A stretch of DNA of 56,076 nucleotides, counting the filler, from Sphacelaria rigidula (lineage: Eukaryota), in NCBI GenBank assembly GCA_964200075.2. It is 3 parts of 3 records of this genome, joined end to end, with 100 filler letters (N's around TTAATTAATTAA, not from the genome) between each part and the next. Parts side by side here need not be neighbours in the genome. Positions count along the whole stretch, not along the records: positions 1 to 18,634 come from CAXNAA020000823.1; 2 more parts are not named here. One strand, written 5' to 3'. A program made the translations under genes and the position numbers. Below the pieces are notes generated by a model, which was given only the letters and a program-made list of their open reading frames with translations, searched no databases and was not told where the DNA came from. Below are positions 1 to 14,017 of the stretch, piece after piece (the stretch's first letter is position 1; each line of letters starts with the position of its first letter).

Positions 1-107
1 GCGGGAGTTTGCGTGTCTTGGGTGGCGAAAGGGTGGCGAGTGGGGGGGGGGGGGGGGGGGGGGGGGGGGGGCGTGGGTTACTGACGATGTGCAGCGTTTT
101 GTCTATA

Positions 108-537
108 AACACGGGATTTTTCAAATTGGTGATGGATTTTTTATTGGGGATGAAAACCCGGAGAACTAAAATCTCCGTATCCACCCCAAATCTTCGAAGT
201 ATGCATCCATTTCTTCACTGGCTGGTAGCTATTGAAAACTACTACACGCCATACAAATTTGGATTTCGATAACCGAAAGGTCGGGGTCCTAGATGAAAAA
301 CCAAGTTTGGCGTTCGATCGGACACCTAAAATCCCCAAGAATGTTTTTTCACCTAGGACCCCGATATTTCGGTTATCGAAATCCAAATTTGTATGGCGTG
401 TAGTAGTTGTTAATAGCTACCAGTAGGTGAAGAAATGGAAGCACACTTCGAAGATTTGATGTAGGTACGAAGATTGTAATTATCCGGGTTTTCATCCCCC
501 ATAAAATATCCATCCCCGATATGTAAAATCCCGTGTT
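108..537. mobile_element. Foldback MITE, ~430 bp, with ~190-200 bp inverted arms
   Basis: Termini AACACGGGATTTT...AAAATCCCGTGTT. Inner arms such as CTACTACACGCCATACAAATTTGGATTTCGATAACCGAAA are mirrored on the right. A diverged relative lies at 5789-6233. Confidence 0.85.
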
Positions 538-2421
538 CACAGCCGGATTTCTTCCACAGTATCGCATTTAGGGGCATGGATGTGTACGGCGTTACGTTAG
601 CGGCAGCAACAATCTAGTACAGTTTACCTCGAGCGCCGTCACGCCTGCCGTAGACAAGGTCGATTCCGAAGCATCCCTCCCAATCGTTACAGGAATTCGT
701 GGGTTACTTTTCTCCATGGTGTCATCCATACCATCTTTATCTGGTGTAGGAGATCTGTGTGATGCGGGTGATGGACGGTGCCCATGTAGTGTTAGTCTTA
801 TGGTGCGCTGTCGGTGTGACCATGTGCTGGAGGAGGCGGTTTTTCCTTGCTACTTCGCTGATTAAGGCATCAAGTCGCCTCTTTTTCCTGCTATGGTAAT
901 TAAGACGATTCAGTGGCGTGTATGCGATCCTATCTATACGGATATTGTCTTTCCGGCGGCGCGTAAATATAACCAGACAGGTGGTATGCGTACGTTGTGA
1001 AGATGCCATCATTCCTGGGGATGATATCATTTTCCCACCTCTACAAACCGCTTTACTCTTTGCGTAACTGCTCGAGTTCTTGGAAAGTGCACAGTATGTA
1101 CGCATCCCCTCATTTTGACATCGTAGCACAACTATTGAAGAAAAAAGCCGGAGAAACACCGCAAGCGCTCTTGAAGAAGCTGCACACTGTACAAGCAACC
1201 TCATCACCTGTCTTACTACACGTGTCGTAGCGCAGCGTTCACATCAACACGCCCGCCCGCTCGGTCTGGCGGCACACCTGTTGTATTAATCGTGATTAAC
1301 AGAGTACCTCAGACTGAAGGAAACTTCTCAAATCTACCATGTAATGCCTCCCTCGTGCTGTTCCGTGCGGTCCACACATGATCCTTGTCCTTCAGAAGAT
1401 TCGCGCATCATTGTGCAGCTCCGTAGCTCCCAGATCTTTGATGCTGGTGGTCTCACCCGTTACGCCGCCAAGCGAAGCGATACGATACGTATCTCGCCGC
1501 ACATAACTCTGCAGATCGAGCTTGGTAGGATGCACTGTTGTGCCTCGGAGTGGATGGCTGACGGTAATGTGAGTTTATGGGCCCTATGGGTTTGTCGCGC
1601 AATCATGCACTGCTTGTTAGCCCGGTACTTTGCCAAGGGGATCATTCTGATGAGTGACTCCTGCTGTACTGTGGTACTGCACTAGCACTGTGCGACTTTG
1701 CGGTCGATTGAATTGTGGCCTGGGGTACCGATGCGAAAACATTGTTGCGCAAACCTGACGATAATTTACCTGAAGGAACATGCTCAGTACATACCCCGTG
1801 CGTAGTTTGCCGCTTAATCACGCTCGCACACGCAAAAGCAAAAGACAATATGTAATGTGATGACTAAGCGCGGCGGAAGAGCCGTTACCTACTAACGTTG
1901 TTTTGACAGCTACGAGGACATCATCACATCAATATATGCCTTGACCCCCTGCACGAAACTGGCTCTATTTGTTTTTTTTTGCCGCCCTGGTTCGAAGTTA
2001 TTGTTTTCAGTGGATAGACAACACCTACATCAGCCTACGTGGAAAATATCGTCGACACGCGTATGCAGCGAGTTACAATGCAACTATTCGCACATATTAA
2101 ACACAATGTGGTACAGTAGCAGCGATTGGGCCGACATTAGTATACGCGTGTGGTCAAAACATAGCACTGAACTGCTTGTTCCTTGCTGGACACTGAAGGG
2201 CGTGGTGTTTTTCGTGGGTGATGGACGTGCTGCAGGCAGCGCGTGCGGATGTGATCGTGTATGTTTTGCTTCGACCCGGGGTTTGCTGCCATTTCCCCTC
2301 ATCTTCAACAGCGAATTCAGCAGGACCAACACACGTTGACACACACTAGGAACTCGCATGAAACTGCAGCTGTGAGCTTACACAGGTGGCCACTGGGGTG
2401 CCTGCATCCTCAAATTTGGAG

Positions 2422-2454
2422 GTTGCAGACGTTGCAGACGTTGCAGACGTTGCA
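2422..2454. repeat. 9-bp tandem repeat (GTTGCAGAC), ~3.5 copies
   Basis: Read directly from the sequence. Confidence 0.85.
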
Positions 2455-2999
2455 CAAGGTCCGTAACGTCCAAATCTGAGGTTACGGGCACCCCAGTGGC
2501 CGCCCGTGTGTCCTCCCTGCACATCCTCGCTTCCATCAGCGGCAGTTATCGGTGAGCCTGTAGCAGACACAGCCCGTATGAACGTCCCAAACTCGCCGTC
2601 TCAACGGTGTTGGGCCGAAATCCTGTTGGTCAAAACCAATACTCGGAAGAAATTTTGTCAAGCCCCCGGACAGCCTACTAGCTGCCACCTACACCTACAC
2701 TATTGTCATATTCCAGGGACCGGCAGGACCATCAGATCTGCGAGTCGGCCGCGTACGCTGTACGCGTGGACCCAAAAAGTATAAAATATTTTGAAATGAA
2801 AAATGAAGAGAAATTCCTAGCAGACCGCTGATTGAGGAGTCCAAAAACCTCTTTCGTAATCCTCGTTCTTTATCCCTCATCTCTGGGAATCTCTCGGAAG
2901 GCCCAAGTCTGTCCCGAGAGTTTGAAAATAGCGACTATAATAGACGGGTGACCGAGAACATACGCAGGGCCACGGCACTTTTGTAGCGACCGTATAGTG

Positions 3000-3220
3000 C
3001 GGCTGGAAACATGGGACCAGCACGCACACGACAACCCGCCTACACCGGGCGAACTCTACAGCTCGCGATGCCACAACCCTTGCACCAAAATGTAACTCTT
3101 GGTGGACGAAGCATGGTGTCCGCTTCTTTTGTTCGATCCAAGAAAAGCCGATTGAGAATCCACGTTTCCAGCGCACATGAACGGGTCAAAACAACGCAAG
3201 ACGGTGCGCACATACACCCA
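3000..3220 (-). pseudogene. Degenerate Cys-rich fragment resembling a piggyBac-type C-terminal zinc-binding domain
   Basis: The translation contains CVVLTRSC...RVTFWCKGCGIASC followed by a stop. This is motif resemblance only (TxFxCxxCxxxxC). Confidence 0.25.
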
Positions 3221-5788
3221 TCTCCGCTGTAAGTTTCGCGCATTTTTGTCCAGCTCACCCCCTACCCGACCGATTATAGTGAACCCAATCCCCTTTTATG
3301 TAGCCACGAGAGGCCGATTGTGAGATCAAATACGCGTGTGCTCAGGCGCTCGACAGTTGGTGGCAAGAGCGGCTGTAAACCAAGGAATCTCTACATTTTC
3401 ATCGGCCGGTGGCACGTCCTATACATTATCCCCGTGATACCGTTCTTTCCTACGATTTTTTTCTAACTGGATCCACATCTTCCCAAAGGAAAAAACGCTA
3501 AACTGGCTTTGCTCAGAGAATCAATTTGCACCTGTTCGGGTAAGACACGGCCTGGTATGTGACCCACTAGAAGGCGCAAGAGAGAAGAGGAATCACAATG
3601 CGGCTGACCCCATAAAATAGTGCTGCAGGTGCTGCTCGTCCTAGATTGTGCTGCTTTTTTACTTACTTTACGGTGGCGTAGGCGAGAAGTCGTAATCACT
3701 ATCAAGTGTCGTCGGTGCCCATCAAATTTCTTCCGACCTGCATCAGGGGGCTTCCTCCGTCCTGGCCGGTGTTGTACGTCAGTATGGATGGTGCGCTTGA
3801 GTGCTCCTCGGCTGTGGAAACAAATGATGCTGTGATGCGGAGCAGTAGTGATTTTTGGTCTATTTGTTGTGGTGAGGCATGTTTTATGGGGAGCAGGGCG
3901 ATTACGACAGGCCTGGATGCTGAGGCCGCGTCTTACTGGGACAAACATTGGTTTCGGATGACCATATTGCTGTTTACGCACGGTGATTGGTCGCCACAGT
4001 ACAACCCCCCAGGCAGTGTGCCCAACCCTCCGTGTGCGCCAAGCAGTTTCAAAAAGTCTTGTGAGGCCAGCTACGTCTATTTGAACGTTTTGAGACGAGT
4101 TTGTGCACACACAGTCGGTTCGAAGGAAAATACAAAGAGATCGATCGCAGGCGCGCATACTGACGGGTTTGCTCGAGGGAGGACACTAATATGTTACACC
4201 CGTACCACCGCTACGCCTTGACTTCATCTCCTCTTTTGTTTGCTCGTTTTTTGCTTTTTTTTGTTTCTTTTCCCGCGTTTCTTTCGCTCTTCTGCGCTTT
4301 TTCTGCGCCCTTTTTTATTTTCTGCGCCTCCCGCCCCTTTTCCGCCATTTCTGTTTTTCGACCCCTTCAATTATTTTTCGGCACTGAATTTCTTTCGGCC
4401 GCTCATATTGAAAAATACGATCCTGCCGCACATTTCTTCCGCGTATCTCATGTTTCGCATATATGTTTCGGCGACATCTTTTACACGTGTTGTGTTTCTA
4501 GTCTTGTTGTTGTTGTTGTCTTCACATTAAAAGCCGTTCCGATATCTGCGCGGTACATTGGTACTGGGCATCTTATGCNNNNNNNNNNCACAGGCTAGCA
4601 GAAGAAACCAAAATAAAATAAAATAGATCCAGAGTGAAAAACTCACAAGACGCGTCTTGTACCAGGACAAAATGCCACATGATCCATGGAGAGAAATGTA
4701 TACATCTCAAGTATCAGTCACGCCGTGCTGTGGAACTCGCCATGAACTTCGCATTCTGAACAAACAGTTCCCTCCCACAACATGAATAAAATCGAAAAAC
4801 TAGAACAAATAGATAGCGACAGATCGCCCGAACTTGATGACTGAGCACATCGACACTTGGAAAACCAACGACGCGACCCTCGCTGCCCGTGCTTGAAAAA
4901 AAGATAACACCGACGTGCTCCCTTCGACCTTTACTCTTGTTTATATCCTCTCCCTCGTCATCATCGCTAAAATTGACGAGCGGATGTGCTCTTGTCCTTG
5001 AACTCTCCATATGTGTGTCGTGTGCGCTGTAGTGTGTGCGTGTGCGTGCGGACTGCTGTATATTATATGTTGCTGCTGTGCAGCTGCAGATGGTAAAATG
5101 AGAAGGTCCGAGAGTCCGCGACGCAGCGACGAACGCGCGCGCTGAGGTTCCGCACACAAAACGACCCCCCAGCGGTTGAAGCTATTGCCGAGACGAGGCT
5201 CCCCACGTGGTCCCCGTCCCCTACCATAGTACTAGCCTGGCTTAATGTTTGACGTGAAGCGTAAACGTGTAACGTGTAACGTGTAGGACCCTGAAAGGAG
5301 TAGGTCTGTCTGTCTGCAGGTTTTCCGCCCGGGGAAACCGCAAGTCTGCGCTGTCCTACTGCTAATCTGCTCCAGGCAACCCCAATTATGCTCTATCCTC
5401 TCTAGAGTCTACCGTATTTTCTGAAAATCTGCAACATCTTTTTGGTTTCCTACTGTCTTTTTTCACGGCCGTTTTTCTGCACAATAAAATGGCATTCTGT
5501 TTTTTCCACGGCCGCAGAAGGAGTCAAGGCCTAACCACCACCACCAAATATGAACTGGAGAGCCCCACTAGCCCCGCCTGAACCAAACCGTGTTCGCTCG
5601 AGCGGAAGGTGTTATCATCAACTGAGTGCAATCTACGCGCTCCGGGTCGAATCTCTATCAATTATTTCACGATGCAAAAATTGTGTCAGACGCGGGTCGA
5701 GAATACGTACAAAAGCGATCAACAGCGGTTCTTTTTCGTTTATGAAGCCACACGCGCGGCCGCCCTTCCTCCTGCACTGAAGACGTTC

Positions 5789-6233
5789 AACAGCCGATCA
5801 TCGAAATTGAAAATGGAGCTTTTCATTGAGGATAAGAACCCGGAGAATTCAAATCCTAGTATCCACACCAAATCTTCGAAATATGGTTCCGTTCCTTCAC
5901 CTGCTGGTAACCATTGAAAATGTTTCACACGTCATACAAATTGTGATTTCGACAACCTAAATGTTGGATTTGTAGGTGAGAACACAATTTTGGGGAATTT
6001 CGGCGGTCTGATCGGATCACCTCGATTCCCCAAACCGTTTTCTTCATCTAGGACCCAAAAATGTTGGTCAACGAAATCTGAATTTGTATGGCGTGTAGCA
6101 GCTGTCAATAGCTACCAGTAAGTGAAGAAATGGAACCATATTTCGAAGATTTGGTGTGGATACAAATATTTTAATTCTTCGGGTTCTCATCTTCAATGAA
6201 AAGCTCCGTCCTCAATTTCGATGATCGGCTGTT
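5789..6233. mobile_element. Foldback MITE, ~445 bp, same family as 108-537
   Basis: Termini AACAGCCGATCATCGAAATTGA...TCAATTTCGATGATCGGCTGTT. The internal arm shares CAAATCTTCGAA, AATTTGTATGGCGTGTAG, ATAGCTACCAGTA and GTGAAGAAATGGAA with the first copy. Confidence 0.85.
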
Positions 6234-7628
6234 ATTTGCGTCCAACATGTGCTGATGCACGTAGATTAGCATGAAGTGGCGCTGGAGTATACCCGCGACG
6301 GACGGCTGCGTGTTCGTTTCGGCTGCGTTGTTCCAGCAGCTGCTGCTGAGTTCACCCTGCTCGATGAATGCCTGCTCTAGAACTTTCACATAGCCTTCCA
6401 TAGGTTTGCGACGGGACGGAGACAAGAGAACTGATGGTGCACGACGCTGTGTTCACTCTAAGTGTAGTCACGTTCGGGATTACTACACGGTGAGATTGTT
6501 TCGAGCATCTTGCTGCATTTTGCTTCGACACCGTCGTCGTGTGTCAAGCCCATTCCCGTCCGTGTCCGTGCATTTCTGTCACTATGCCGCCGTTAGGGGT
6601 GAGAAATACTCCTTGCGGATTTTGTCGGCCCGTACTTCTTGCCTCGCGAAGCACTTCGCGTGTCCCAGTAGCGGTTCGGATGTTGGCTCTTTGTTTGCGC
6701 AACAATATTTCGGCCTTTGTACCGAACCACTACTGTGAGGATCAAAAGTTCCCCTTGACGTCGTGGTATGTCACACGCCTCAGCGGATTCAACCCGAACA
6801 AAAGTGGATAGCCGTCGTGGCGGAACACGTTTCGTCGTGATCCGTTTTTTTTTTCTTCTCACAAGTACCCATTGACAAATCATGCTTAGCGAGCGCGTCC
6901 GCTGAATTTACGTCTCGGCTCGAGTTTTGTGCACCGTATGAAATAAAAATTTCGGAAAGAGACACCTTGTTACGCGGAGATCTCGGAACAGAAGGCGTGG
7001 GCGTCCGGGGGTTTAACTGCCCTTTGACGATTCAATAGCGTATCATGGCTATTCTTAAGCGCGAAGTAGAGCTTTGAATGCTCCAGGGCAAAGCTTGAGG
7101 GGAGGACACATGGCATCGGCAGTGTGTAGATTTCCGCGACCTGTGTACGTGCGCTGTGCCTTTGGGACCGATGTCCAATTTGGTCACATGTAGCTACGCT
7201 GCCATGCAGAAGACATGCCGACCCACAGGAATATATGACTGGACAGCCGCAGCACCAGGGAGTCCCGCTTGTTGTGTGCTTTACAGAGAAAAAAAAAAGA
7301 ATACTAGAAGCCCACTGAAGTTCAGCGTTTCAAGCGGTGATTGTTTTTCGAAAGGCTGTGTTACGCCTCAAGCCGCCTGCGATGTCGGTTGTGCCTGCAA
7401 AACATGCGGCCACCACCCGATGGACAGCAGCACACGAACATCACGTCACATACATGACGTTTGCGCAGTGTGGCGGGAGCTTTCGATAGCCTTCTAGGTG
7501 TTTATCTCCGTCATCAATCCGCGATCTATGTGCTGTAGTGCGTACTGGGGATGGTTCGGTGGCCTAGAGGGCCCTCTTGAGATAGCTGTGTCTAAACCGA
7601 TAAGCCACGTCGCTGAATAATGGATGCA

Positions 7629-7926
7629 GTAATAGTCCGACTACCGCCATAAGGGTGGAGAGAACGGGGGTTCGATTCCCGATGCGTTCGGTGTTTTTCT
7701 TCGTAATGCATAATTTCCACCGTGGAAAGCGTGAGAACGTGAGTAAGCAAAGTAGTAGACGACTGGGTTTGTGTGACGTGAGTTGACGCGGTGCGGGAGT
7801 GCTGATCTAATCCGCGAGATCAAAATGAAAGGCACGTACCGCGGGAGAGATGGGTTGATCCCTTGAGACCACGGGCTCATCCCGAGGAAGGGAAGGGGTT
7901 CAAAGTCTGAGGAAAAAATGAAAAAA
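7629..7926 (+). mobile_element. tRNA-derived SINE, 5'-clipped copy
   Basis: Near-identical to 9068-9372, with B-box GGTTCGATTCC and an A-rich 3' end. Confidence 0.85.
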
Positions 7927-9067
7927 GAGAAGCCCCCCCAACCACGTAACCAGTGCACGCGGAACGGTGCGTCCCGTCGGCTGTCAAACGAGGTTGCCCG
8001 TAGTAAGGTGCCCGTGAAGGGCGGCCATTTACGGCAGGGAATCACAACTGGTGGGATGTCCTCCAGACTTGCGTCAAGCCAAACCAAGGGTCGAAGAGTC
8101 CTTCAACCCTCAAGTGCGTGTATCAATCACACCGTTGCACGTGTCCCACATCGCGCGGAGGATCGATCTGGAGCATTGACTTTCAGCCTTACCTACATTG
8201 GCTGGGATACCGCCTCACTGGTGGAGTGTTTCTGTTTGTATCTATCCCAACGATCAACTCTACAGCAGTAGACATGTACAGGTACGTGACAATCAACTCT
8301 CTACAGCAGTGAATGTTTACGAAGGAGTCCATGCCCACGTCGGGATTTTATTTGGCCTACATCGCGGTTTTTTGGATGCTTCCCGAGAAGAAACAATGTG
8401 TCATTTTCCAGAAGCGTCGCTGGGGATTTCGCGGTGTCATGATCGTTTGTCATGCAGTACCGCACAGATTCGGCTTGTATTGCACTGAATTGCGCCACCC
8501 AGCATCCTGGGCATGTGCACAGGGGTGGAAACAACTGTATGGTACGTTTGAGCTTACCGTTGGTGAGGTGAAGCCCTTGAGATTGAAAGCTACCTCTGAT
8601 GGAAGCACGCGCCAAGAGAATTTTGACGCTTGCGCGACAATTTATCCTGGTGAACGAATTGCTACATATCTCGGAGCATAAAGCGCGAGGCTCTTCGCTC
8701 TTTTTGTTACACCGGCGACGAATTCCCCGAGTGTATCGGCATGGGCCAATGGCCTCTGCGTACTGCTTAGCATTATGGCCATTGCCTGATTCTCGCTGCG
8801 AACCGCCTCCCAACGAACGCTACGACAGAAAACTGAGGGGTGGTTTTACTTGGTCAAAGTCTGATTTCCTCCTTGCCATCAGCACGGGGTGATGCTACGG
8901 TAGGGGTTGCACGTTTTTCAGCGAAAACGTTTCGCGGGGCTGCTCGGGATGTTGGGCGGGTCATTTTGTTGAAAAATACTGAAAGTGATGCCGATTCACG
9001 AAACGACCCCTGCGGGCAAACGCCATGTTTCTGGGAGTCCGGTCCCCGGGATTTGCGTTGTACAGTT

Positions 9068-9372
9068 GCCGCGCCCCGGTGGTGTAATGGTCCGACTACC
9101 GCCATAAGGGTGGAGAGAACGGGGGTTCGATTCCCGATGCGTTCGGTGTTTTTCTTCGTAATGCATAATTTCCACCGTGGAAAGCGTGAAAACGTGAGTA
9201 AGCAAAGTAGTAGACGACTGGGTTTGTGTGACGTGAGTTGACGCGGTGCGGGAGTGCTGATCCAATCCGTGAGACCAAAANNNNNNNNNNGGGGAGAGAT
9301 GGGTTGATCCCTTGAGACCACGGACGCATCCCGAGGAAGGGGAGGGGTTCAAAGCGTGAGGAAAAAAAGAAG
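9068..9372 (+). mobile_element. tRNA-derived SINE, full length (~300 bp)
   Basis: Head GCCGCGCCCCGGTGGTGTAATGG (A-box) ... GGTTCGATTCC (B-box), a non-tRNA body and an A-rich tail. Other copies start at 7629, 14399 and 25582. Confidence 0.88.
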
Positions 9373-10073
9373 AATAAAGTAGTAAGTCCCATATACTTGT
9401 GCTCCTACAAGAGGGAGAGCCCCAGAAACAGAAACTGCAAGCCCAACCGTAGCATTGCTCTACGCATGGTTCTGGATGTACAGCTGGCCAAACTCGATAC
9501 GCACATCATGCCGTAGGACCTCGATCTGAAGCTCTAAACGATAATGTGTCATGCCTGCCATGTGATCAGCTAAGGGGTTTTGGCCAACTCTACAGCGTTT
9601 TTAACACATATTGTGAAGATGGGTAGACTGTAGGTGGATGCCCATTTTGTCAATGTTTTACTGACGATATACATACAGGGCATTGCACTCTGTCTGTACA
9701 GTAGTACCAACCTGTGAAGTACTGGCTAGCTCTGACCTCAGGCGATACGTTCTCTGCTGAATGTGATTATTTTTTGTCACCCACCGGAGCGTAAGATTAT
9801 CTACTCTAGTACGCTGAGGTGTGTGTTTAGACAGGATACTATTTTGATGAGGTTCAAACTTCAGCCGCTGTGCGCCGTTCTCAGAGAGTTTGCCGACCAG
9901 TGTACCGACTGTAGAAACTATCCCGATCGTGCTGTATCGCTGTCGTGACACAAGGCTGACCTCAGCCCCACTAACACCTCCCGAATTGACCCGACACTGC
10001 GTCCCCAATAACTCCACCGGACTCCTGGTGGTTCAGGTAATTTTGTCCCTACCAGAAGTGGTTAGCCCCGACA

Positions 10074-10339
10074 ATGGGACAAAGATCTGATCCACCATCT
10101 CAACGATTGCCACGGCAAATATCATGGGCGTCGCCGGAAAGAAGGCGCAGCATCAACTCCGAGGAAGGCCGTTTACCAGGAGCGCGTCACGCAAGCTCAA
10201 TTCATGAAAGGGTCGCTCCTCCGATTGGGCGGTGTCGGGCAAAACGTCATCATGCTCGCTCGTCCTCCCCGTTGGGACTATTGGTGGTGAAGCCCGATTA
10301 CGTGGAAGGATTTGTGCCGGTTTCGGAAGTACGGGAGAG
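10074..10339 (+). CDS. Probable upstream exon of the IQ-motif protein gene
   Basis: Open frame MGQRSD...VVKPDYVEGFVPVSEVRE ends AG|gtaccg in phase 2, matching the phase-2 acceptor at 13693. The 5' boundary is uncertain. Confidence 0.45.
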
Positions 10340-11764
10340 GTACCGGTGGTGCATAACGATAACGGTTCGCCACTTCCTCTCTTGCCGTCTGTTTCAACCT
10401 GGTCTGATTACATCGCAAAACAAATCCTGCAGAGTTTTTGTTCTCCTCTTGTGTCGTGTGCGATATTGTTTCTGACTTTTTGCCCTTTTTGTTTTGTGTG
10501 TGGGGGTGTGTGGGGGTGTGTACTGAATCGTTTTCTCGCAATTTTCGAAGTTATCTCGTCTCCTTACGCCAGTGTTATTGCCCATTGTCTGCGTATCTTC
10601 GGTGAGGATATCTAGTACATCTTGTGAATAATGACCACAGCTTGAGAGTGGTCGCGGATCGGTAAGTATGCGATAAACAATCACTAAACTCAGCAGATCA
10701 CGGAGCTAGTGTGCGAGAAGCAATCAAACAAAACAATTTAGTCAGAACGTATCCCTTGACTGGAGTCCGGACAGTCCAACACCCTCCCTCGGCCCCTCCG
10801 CGGGGGGTATGTCTCCAGGATTGAGCATCCAACAGTTGAGAACATCACACTCAAAAAAGGTAATTTCGACAATCCATACCCGAGTGATGCTGCAATAGGG
10901 GGGCAGAGGTACTTTTACTTCCACGGAATTCCATTTCAATCGCCGTTGAAAGCAGCCAACAGTTGTTCGAACGCGCTTGCTCCCGATAAATAAGGCTCAT
11001 TCATGCTGCCTTACACTGCTCTTACCCAAATACAAGCAGATGGTGGTGGTGGGGGGGGTGCGCTTCGTCCTCGGTTTCCAATTCGAATGCTGTGAATAAC
11101 CAAGTGTGTTATTCTCCACAAACCAAGTGTGAGACTCTTGTATTGATTTATTGATTTAAAAAAAAACTTGTAGCCTCCCACGAGGAAGGGTGCCGTCGTC
11201 GCTCGGCACGCCAAAGCGGCACGTAGCATCGCCGAGAGCATCAATACGTGTTCGATCGTCCGTAGCTCCGACTTCCTATTGTGTAAGCCACAGCTCGGCC
11301 TGGGAACACTTGCTGCCTTTGTGTGGCACACACATGGCAACGCCAAGGTTTGTTCGCGATGTGAGCACTAGGCAGACATGCCCTTGACAGGTGAGCTTCT
11401 TGAAACATGATTTCTGGACAGTGAGCGGGCGACGATCTGCGTCACTCAATCATTCCATTAGCGTTCGAAGATGGTGAAATACACGTTGCCACGTATGTAT
11501 CCCCGGCAGGGGCAAATATTCGTCGTCTATCCGGCTTTCCATCGTCTCCAGATTTTCCGCCAAATAGTGTCGAACTACGAGCTGGGCCAGCAGTGAACCC
11601 CTCATTCGCTTTCCACAGCACAACTTATCAAGTTTTCCAAATTAGCGCGACTTGAGCATATCGCTGTAAAGTGCAGATCAAGCTGGTAACACACGGTACC
11701 GGCGCTGAATGAAAAACAAAACGAAAAAAAATGTACTGTATAATATATAACCTTAATGACGGAC

Positions 11765-11849
11765 GAAAAAAAGATCGATGTGTCGGGATTCGAACTCGTG
11801 ACCTCCATAATTGGAGTATCCTGTGTCACTCGAATCAAAGGGGCGCGGC
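11765..11849 (-). mobile_element. Diverged tRNA-like SINE head
   Basis: The minus strand reads GCCGCGCCCC...GAGTTCGAATCC...TTTTTTT. It starts with the same 10 nt as the other SINE heads and has no intact cloverleaf. Confidence 0.55.
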
Positions 11850-13692
11850 CATATCACTCGAAAAGTGCGATGCCGCGTCCAATTCGAGGTACTTTTGGCC
11901 GAACCTTCATCAGAATGTCGCTGACGCGAGTGCCCGTATGTGTTGGAGCATTGTCGTCGTTTTTATCAATTTTAAGGAAGTTATAGCATTTTTCCTGTTT
12001 TTGCTGAAACTTTAACTCGCTCTAACTTCCTGTTTTTTTCCTTTTTTGCTCTGCACCCCCGATAGGGTTTCGCGGGTTGATGATATAAATGTCGTGTCGA
12101 AATTTCAGCGCCGAAAGCTTCGACTTTCCAACGGCATCTCCACTCTTCGTTCAAAAATCACTGTCAGCTGGCCCAGCTCGCATTGCATTTAAATCGCGCT
12201 TACCCGCCCGCCGTGTTCTCGATGCATGCTTATGCGGTGTTGCTCGCGCAGACCTCGACAGTCCCGTGTACTAGAGCCAATTCCACCGGTAACAAGAAGA
12301 GCGTCGTCTGAAGCTGCTGGACACGAGGCCCGCCATAGACGTTTTGGATGGCTTTCACGAGGGGCTTTGGGTGGTGATATCGAAGTGGGGCGGGGTACCG
12401 AGGTGGGAGATGACAATTTGACGGTTCAAAAGCTAGTTGGCCCGGGGCAAGCGACCGGCGGGTACGCTCATGCAAAGGCGGTGATTATTGGGTCCGGTTC
12501 CTTCCGCTTCGGCGCCACAAGGTGTGCAGGGAGTATAGTAGAGGTAGTCCTGGCGGTTTATAGTAGTGGTAGTGCTGGTGTATCGTGCTGTTGTCGGTAG
12601 ATTCGATCTGAATCGTTGGTTTCCTTATGATTTGAAAAAAAGAAACACGCTGGGAAAGGCGCAAACATGCCGATGCACGAACCCTGGGATAGGAGCAACA
12701 GCTTACCTACTTCGTGAGGGGGTATTGTGTGCCGGGGGGCGACATGTGCTGATCCCCTGGAAACGGCGAGCTTACCCCGGAGAAGAGCAAGGGTTGGAAA
12801 TGTGGCGGGAGAATAGTGATGGTTAGTAATGTCTGATTCAATGACTCGAGCTCCCAATCCGAAATGTTCTTCCCCCAACTGATGTGGATATATTGATGGG
12901 AGATACCTCTTTGCAGGGACATATTAGAGACTGATACCACACATGTATGAAGAATCAGCGCAAGTAAGTACAAGGTGAGAACGGTCCGGATGGACCGAAT
13001 TACCGAGGACCCTGTAATACCGACGTAACTAGACAACTCAGGGTGATGCCAGGAAGAGCCTAATATTAGGACGGTCCAACATCCCCCGAGGAACTGGTCG
13101 CCTCTGGCGACCACTCCTTGTCTGACCCACTTCTTGCCTACATGTTACAAGCAGAAATCGTCGCCAGCCTCGGGGTTCCTTCGGCTTCAGGACGACACCT
13201 CTCAAGACAGCCTCCTCCTTAGTCTGTCTACCCCAGCTATACGCCTTCCTCACATATGTGTGTGTGTGTATATATATACCAGCCGCACGGGACCCGTGGC
13301 TGCGCCCCGGTCCCGTCCGTCTTTTTCGAGGGTCTCGGTATTCTTGCCTTGCCAAGCCCTCGTGAGAATAGATCCTTTCTCGGAATGTTCATGCCCGCCG
13401 GAAACATTGCAGGACCACCGCGATCGCGCGTCGGTCCGAACGGTCGCAAACGCATGAATACCCCCGCACAAAGTAAAGTACGAATCCGCTAACCGGGCCC
13501 CTAGCATTGGCCGGAACAGTCATCTCCCGGGACGGGTGCGGAGGAACTTGCACACTAAAATCAGTATTGAATCTCGTGGATGCCTCATACAAAGTATGCT
13601 TCACGCTCGTGAGTTCGAAATATTCTATATATATATATACTAAATCAGACGATAAATGAACCTTCACCGCTGTCGTAAACCCTACCCTTCAG

Positions 13693-14017
13693 GCACATAA
13701 AGGGACATCCGATTTTCACGCGGGTATCTTTGCCGTGGCATCCACCACCGCAGCCACCGCCATCACCGTTACCTCCGCATCAAGGCTACTACTCCTCGAC
13801 GAATACGTGGGGAAACTTCGCATCAACCACTGATGATGGTGACGTCTTTCCCGTTCGCATGGTGATGTCCGAGAAGGGCTCCGTTCGAACCGTGCTGCCA
13901 CGTCGGATGGTAGTGTCGGAAGACTGCTTCGATAGAATCGACGATGCACTCGGGGGGAGGGTCGGAGGCCGGGGTGCACGAAACCCAGACTGGGAGCAGG
14001 AGCGCGCTGCTACCGAG
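13693..14017 (+). CDS. Internal exon of IQ-motif (calmodulin-binding) protein
   Basis: Acceptor cccttcag, 325 nt open (HIKGHPIF...PPPQPPPS...EQERAATE), donor GAG|gtaata. It splices in phase 0 to 17425 to give AATE-IQRSWRGYRAR. Confidence 0.75.

Noticed and set aside
3463-4221. Long overlapping ORFs (231 aa minus, 171 aa plus)
   Set aside because: They show no recognisable motifs or consistent splice structure and are probably decayed repeat DNA.
6899-6910. CCGCTGAATTTA match to the LSU rRNA 5' region
   Set aside because: Only 12 nt match, and the flanks are not rRNA-like.
9068-9145. tRNA gene
   Set aside because: A and B boxes are present, but there is no convincing acceptor stem, and it is fused to a repeated body with an A tail, i.e. 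a SINE head.
13143-13518. Possible solo LTR (TGTTAC...GGAACA)
   Set aside because: There is no TSD, PBS, PPT or second copy.
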